A DNA stretch of 64,000 bases, taken from NCBI GenBank assembly GCA_964016885.1, contig OZ024740.1, positions 426,312,001 to 426,376,000 on the forward strand, in the 5' to 3' direction. The notes beneath the pieces were generated by a model. The model was not told the origin of the DNA, did no database searches, and saw nothing but the letters and a program-made list of their open reading frames with translations. Shown piece by piece: positions 58,641 to 64,000 of the stretch (positions are counted from its first letter, which is position 1; the number at the start of each line of letters is the position of its first letter). This DNA comes from Eledone cirrhosa (lineage: Eukaryota). A program made the position numbers and the translations under genes.

Positions 58641-58767
58641 TGTTGTACAGCCTCTGTACAACACCATTGTTTGTGCTACAACAAAAAATGAACGTATATT
58701 TCATCTCTAATTTCTGCTGTTATTATGTCACTTGCATCTCGATAACATCTACAACTAATACTGCTAA
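58641..58767 (+). mobile_element. 127-bp insertion in the satellite, copy 1
   Basis: Flanked by ACCCT duplication (58636-58640 / 58768-58772). Empty site gttaccctctactacttg present at ~53734 and ~56239. Confidence 0.8.
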
Positions 58768-60879
58768 ACCCTCTACTACTTGTCATTGGGGTAGCTACCC
58801 TCACTTACTTGACAATGAGGTAGTTACACTCTCTTACTTGACAATGGGGTAGTTACCCTCTTTATTTATCACTGGGGTAGTTACCCTCTCTTACTTGTCA
58901 ATGTGATAGTTACCCTCTCCTATTTGTCAATGGGGTAATTACCCTCCCTTACTTGTCAATGGGGTAGTTACCCTCTCTTACTTGTCAATGGGGTAGTTAC
59001 CCTCTCTACTTGACATTAGGGTAGTTACCCACACTTACTTGTCAATGGGGTAGTTACCCTCACTTACTTGACAATGGGATAGTTATCCTCTCCTACTTGA
59101 CAAACGGGTAGTTACCCTCCCTTACTTGACAATGGGCTAGTTACCCTCTCTTACTTGTCAATGGGGTAGTTACCCTCTCTTTCTTGTCACTGGGGTAGTT
59201 ACACTCCTGGACTTGACAATGGGGTAGTTACCCTCTCTTACTTGTCACTGGAGTAGTTACACTCCCTTACTTGTCACTGGGGTAGTTACCCTCCCTTAAT
59301 TTGTTAATGGTGTAGTTACACTCCTATACTTGTCCTTGCGGTAGTTACCCTTTTTTACTTGACAATGTAGTAGGTACCCTCTCTTTCTTGTCACTGGGGT
59401 AGTTACCCTCTCTTACTTGACAATGGGGTAGTTACCCTCTCTTGCTTGTCATTGGGGTAGTTACCCGCTCTTACTTGACAATGAGATAGTTACCCTCTCT
59501 TACTTGTCAATGGAGTAGTTACCCTCTTATACTTGTCACTGGGGTAGATACCCTCTCTTACTTGTCAATGGGGTAGTTACCCTCTCTTAATTGTCAATGA
59601 GGTAGTTACCCTTCTTTACTTGACAACAGGGTATTTACCCTCACTTACTTGACAATGGGGTAGTTACCCTCTCTTACTTGTCAATGGGATAGTTACCCTT
59701 TTTTACTTTACAACAGGGTATTTACCCTCTCTTACTTGTCAATGGGGTAGTTACCTCTCTTACTTGACAACAGGGTAGTTACCCTCCTATTCTTGTCAAT
59801 GGGGTAGTTACCCTCTCTTACTTGACAATGGGGTAGTTACTCTCTCTTACTTGTCAATGGGTTAGTTACCCTTTTTTACTTGACAACAGGGCATTTACCC
59901 TCTCTTACTTGTCAATGGGGTAGGTACCCTCTCTTACTTGTCAATGTGGTAGTTACCCTCTCTTACTTGACAATGGGGTAGTTACACTCGCTTACTTGAC
60001 AATGGGGTAGTTACCCTCTCTACTTGTCAATGAGGTATTTACCCTCTCTTACTTGTCAATTGTGTAGTTAACCTCTCTACTTGACAATGGGGTAGTTACC
60101 CTTTCTTACTTGTCAATGGGGTAGTTACCCTGTCATACTTGTCACTGGGGTAGTTACCCTCTTTACTTGTCAATGGGGTAGTTACCCTCTTATACTTGTC
60201 AATGGGGTAGTTACCCTCTTTTACTTGTCAATGGGGTAGTTACCCTCTCTTACTTGACAATGTGGTAGTTACTCTCTCTTACTTGTCAATGGGGTAGTTA
60301 CCCTCTCTTACTTAACAATGGGGTAGTACCCTCTCTTACTTGTCACTGGGGTTGTTACCCTCTCTTACTTGTCAATGGGGTAGTTACCCTCTCTTACTTG
60401 TCACTGGGGTAGTTACCCTCTCTTACGTGTCACTGGGGTAGTTACCCACTTTTACTTGACAATGTGCTAGTTACCCTTTTTTACTTGTGATTGGGGTAGT
60501 TACTCTCATTTACTTGTCAATGGGGTAGTTACCCTCTCTTACTTGTCAATGGGGTAGTTACCCTCTCTTACTTGACAATGGGGTAGTTACCCTCTCTTAC
60601 TTGTCACTGGGGTAGTTACCCTCTTTTACTTGTCACTGGGGTAGTTACCCTCACTTACTTGACAATGTGGTAGTTACCTTCTCATACTTGTCAATAGTGT
60701 AGTTACCCTCACATACATGACATTGGGGTAGTTACCCTCTCTTTCTTGTCACTGGGGTAGTTAACCTCTCTTACTTGACAATGGGGTAGTTACCATCTCT
60801 TTATTGTCACTGGGGTATTTACCCTCTCTTGTCACTGGGGTAGTTACCCTCTCTTACTTGACACTGGGGTAGTTACCCT

Positions 60880-61006
60880 TGTTGTACAGCCTCTGTACAA
60901 CACCATTGTTTGTGCTACAACAAAAAATAAACGTATATTTCATCTCTAATTTCTGCTGTTATTATGTCACTTGCATCTCGATAACATCTACAACTAATAC
61001 TGCTAA
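60880..61006 (+). mobile_element. 127-bp insertion in the satellite, copy 2
   Basis: Same sequence, same flanks and same ACCCT duplication. Confidence 0.8.
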
Positions 61007-63697
61007 ACCCTCTACTACTTGTCATTGGGGTAGCTACCCTCACTTACTTGACAATGAGGTAGTTACCCTCTCTTACTTGTCAATGGGGTAGTTACCCTCT
61101 CTTATTTGTCAGTGGGGTAGACACCCTCTCTTACTTGACAATGGGGTAGTTACCCTCTTTATTTATCACTGGGGTAGTTACCATCTCTTACTTGTCAATG
61201 GGATAGTTACCCTCTCATACTTGTCAGTGTGATAGTTACCCTCTCCTATTTGTCAATGGGGTAATTACCCTCCCTTACTTGTCAATGGGGTAGTTACCCT
61301 CTCTTACTTGTCAATGGGGTAGTTACCCTCTCTACTTGACATTAGGGTAGTTACCCCCACTTACTTGACAATGGGGTAGTTACCCTCACTTATTTATCAC
61401 TGGGGTAGACACCCTCTCTTACTTGACAATGGGGTAGTTACCCTCTTTATTTATCACTGGGGTAGTTACCCTCTCTTACTTGTCAATGGGATAGTTACCC
61501 TCTCATACTTGTCAATGTGATAGTTACCCTCTCCTATTTGTCAATGGGGTAGTTACCCTCTCTACTTGACATTAGGGTAGTTACCCCTGTTACTTGTCAA
61601 TGGGGTAGTTACCCTCTCTTTCTTGTCACTGGGGTAGTTACACTCCTGTACTTGACAATGGGGTAGTTACCCTCTCTTACTTGTCACTGGAGTAGTTACA
61701 CTCTCTTACTTGTCACTGGGGTAGTTACCCTCTCTTAATTGTCAATGGGGTAGTTACCCTCTTTTACATGTCATTGGGGTAGTTACCCTCTATTACTTGT
61801 CACTGGTGTAGTTACCCTCCCTTAATTTGTTAATGGTGTAGTTACACTCCTATACTTGTCAATGCGGTAGTTACCCTTTTTTACTTGACAATGTAGTAGT
61901 TACCCTCTCTTTCTTGTCACTGGGGTAGTTACCCTCTCTTACTTGACAATGGGGTAGTTACCCTCTCTTGCTTGTCATTGGGGTAGTTACCCGCTCTTAC
62001 TTGACAATGGGATAGTTACCCTCTCTTACTTGTCAATGGAGTAGTTACCCTCTCATACTTGTCACTGGGGTAGATACCCTCTCTTACTTGTCAATGGGGT
62101 AGTTACCCTCTCTTAATTGTCAATGGGGTAGTTACCCTTTTTTACTTGACAACAGAGTATTTACCCTCACTTACTTGACAATGGGGTAGTTACCCTCTCC
62201 TACTTGTCAATGGGATAATTACCCTTTTTTACTTTACAACAGGGTATTTACCCTCTCTTACTTGTCAATGGAGTAGTTACCTCTCTTACTTGACAACAGG
62301 GTAGTTACCCTCCTATTCTTGTCAATGGGGTAGTTACCCTCTCTTACTTGACAATGGGGTAGTTACTCTCTCTTACTTGTCAATGGGGTAGTTACCCTTT
62401 TTTACTTGACAACAGGGCATTTACCCTCTCTTACTTGTCAATGGGGTAGGTACCCTCTCTTACTTGTCAATGTGGTAGTTACCCTCTCTTACTTGACAAT
62501 GGGGTAGTTACCCTCTCTTACTTGACAATGGGGTAGTTACCCTCTCTACTTGTCAATGAGGTATTTACCTTCTCTTACTTGTCAATTGTGTAGTTAACCT
62601 CTCTACTTGACAATGGGGTAGTTACCCTTTCTTACTTGTCAATGGGGTAGCTACCCTCTTTTACTTGACAATGAGCTAGTTACCCTCATATACTTGTCAA
62701 TGGGGTAGTTACAATCTCTTATTTATCACTGGAGTAGTCACCCTCTCTTACTTGACAATGGGGTAGTTACCCTCTCTTACTTGTCAATGGATTAGTTACC
62801 CTCTCTTACTTTCACTGGGGTAGTTACCCTCTCTTAATTGTCAATGGGGTAGTTACCCTTTTTTACTTGACATCAGGGTATTTACTCTCACATACTTGTC
62901 AATGGGGTAGTTACACTCTCTTACTTGACAACGGGGTAGTTACCCTCCTATTCAAGTCAATGGGGTAGTTACCCTCTCTAGTTGTCAATGTGGTAGTTAC
63001 CTTCTCTTACTTGTCAATGGGGTAGTTACCCTGTCTTACTTGTCACTGGGGTAGTTACCCTCTTTACTTGTCAATGGGGTAGTTACCCTCTTATACTTGT
63101 CAATGGGGTAGTTACCCTCTTTTACTTGTCAATGGGGTAGTTACCCTCTCTTACTTGACAATGGGGTAGTACCCTCTCTTACTTGTCACTGGGGTTGTTA
63201 CCCTCTCTTACTTGTAAATGGGGTAGTTACCCTCTCTTACTTGTCACTGGGGTAGTTACCCTCTCTTACGTGTCACTGGGGTAGTTACCCACTTTTACTT
63301 GACAATGTGCTAGTTACCCTTTTTTACTTGTCATTGGGGTAGTTACTCTCATTTACTTGTCAATGGGGTAGTTACCTTCTCTTACTTGTCAATGGGGTAG
63401 TTACCCTCTCTTAATTGACAATGGGTTAGTTACCCTCTCTTACTTGTCACTGGGGTAGTTACCCTCACTTACTTGACAATGTGGTAGTTACCCTCTCTTA
63501 CTTGTCAATAGTGTAGTTACCCTCACATACATAACATTGGGGTTGTTACCCTCTCTTTCTTGTCACTGGGGTAGTTACCCTCTCTTACTTGACAATGGGG
63601 TAGTTAGCATCTCTTAATTGTCACTGGGGTATTTACCCTCTCTTACTTGTCACTGGGGTAGTCACCCTCTCTTACTTGACACTGGGGTAGTTACCCT

Positions 63698-63824
63698 TGC
63701 TGTACAGCCTCTGTACAACACCATTGTTTGTGCTACAACAAAAAATAAACGTATATTTCATCTCTAATTTCTGCTGTTATTATGTCACTTGCATCTCGAT
63801 AACATCTACAACTAATACTGCTAA
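63698..63824 (+). mobile_element. 127-bp insertion in the satellite, copy 3
   Basis: Same sequence with T>C at position 3, same flanks. Confidence 0.8.
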
Positions 63825-64000
63825 ACCCTCTATTACTTGTCATTGGGGTAGCTACCCTCACTTACTCGACAATGAGGTAGTTACCCTCTCTTACTTGTCA
63901 ATGTGGTAGTTACCCTCTCTTATTTGTCACTGGGGTAGACACCCTCTCTTACTTGACAATGGGGTAGTTACCCTCTTTATTTATCACTGGGGTAGTTACC

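Larger units (their letters stand above)
43716..64000. repeat. 29-bp satellite, consensus ACTTGWCAATGGGGTAGTTACCCTCTCTT (runs off the window end)
   Basis: 29-nt period (e.g. ggtagttacc at 44161 and 44190). Forward 43716-44802, reverse 44803-51304, forward 51305-64000. Confidence 0.98.

Noticed and set aside
58640-63909. Three near-identical 70-aa ORFs
   Set aside because: They start at TTG in the 127-bp insert and run into satellite, so they are a by-product of duplication.
43716-64000. 29-bp partly palindromic repeat resembling a CRISPR repeat
   Set aside because: Monomers abut with no unique spacers, no cas genes are present, and the context is eukaryotic.

Overview
Repeat-dominated, AT-rich eukaryotic DNA with no credible host protein-coding gene; nearly all long ORFs in the track are translations of microsatellites or satellites. 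The SINE families resemble those I recall from octopod cephalopods (inference only). Layout: (i) 1-14.4 kb and 29.6-43.7 kb are mosaics of (TA)n/(CA)n/(GA)n microsatellites, tRNA-derived SINEs, decayed LINE and DNA-transposon fragments, and many short elements carrying minimal type-I hammerhead ribozymes (HHR). These elements are mostly head-to-head fold-backs bounded by (TA)n, and one lies behind a Penelope-type GIY-YIG fragment. (ii) 15.45-29.56 kb is a triplet-built minisatellite. (iii) 34.0-37.2 kb is a ~21-23 bp minisatellite. (iv) 43.7-64 kb is a 29-bp doubly palindromic satellite with a clean 6.5-kb internal inversion, kb-scale duplications and a thrice-copied 127-bp insert. The most notable signals are a ~1-kb non-coding retrozyme-like unit that appears to start at its own ribozyme cleavage site, and the multi-family system of (TA)n-associated HHR fold-back elements. 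All structures were read by eye and none has been computationally verified.
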